Source: Macrostomum lignano
Taxonomy: Eukaryota
Reading direction: 5' to 3'
DNA: 64,000 nucleotides
Assembly (NCBI GenBank): GCA_002269645.1
Contig: NIVC01001503.1
Location: 124,001-188,000, forward strand
The notes beneath the pieces are model-generated. The model did not search any database. It worked only from the letters and a program-made list of their open reading frames with translations, and was not told the origin of the DNA. The position numbers and the translations under genes are program-made. Below, in pieces: positions 63,887 through 64,000 of this stretch (position 1 is its first letter; each line of letters begins with the position of its first letter).

Positions 63887-64000
63887 TTAGTTGATTTTGC
63901 TATTCACGATGGTCGCTGCAGTCCGGCGTCCAACGGCGATGTCGCCACGCTCCAGCTCCGAGTAGGCCTCGGGATCGTGCTCCAGCTGCTGCTGCTGCTG
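63887..64000 (-). CDS. Possible 3' end of a gene entering from the right edge
   Basis: GC-rich open frame QQQQQLEHDPEAYSELERGDIAVGRRTAATIVNSKIN*; no recognisable domain. Confidence 0.35.
   Translation of the reverse strand, partial: QQQQQLEHDPEAYSELERGDIAVGRRTAATIVNSKIN

Overview
Repeat-rich animal genomic DNA (spliceosomal GT-AG introns; no prokaryotic features). Low-complexity GC-rich coding style, minisatellite-stuffed introns and the HMGB sequence suggest a free-living flatworm such as Macrostomum (inference). Genes: the 3' end of an SLC49A4/DIRC2-like MFS transporter (1-217, +), an intronless OXLD1-like gene (8189-8614, -), an HMGB gene with a 1-nt frameshift (24308-25020, -), and a 9-exon THAP-CtBP fusion gene (39678-62257, +; 2007-nt CDS, 668 aa) assembled by hand from splice sites and phases. 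The CtBP keeps its PXDLS-binding cleft and NAD(H)-binding motif, but the whole dehydrogenase catalytic triad and substrate-binding residues are replaced, so it looks like a DNA-binding pseudo-enzyme corepressor; this is the top finding. Mobile DNA: an intact Sleeping Beauty-like IR/DR Tc1 nested in a MITE, a mariner with an in-frame deletion of its DNA-binding domain, three kinds of 8-bp-TSD MITE, Helitron-like copies and a long degenerate inverted repeat. About 20 distinct tandem arrays are present, including a 6.7-kb 30-bp satellite; most long ORFs in the supplied track are artefacts of these arrays.
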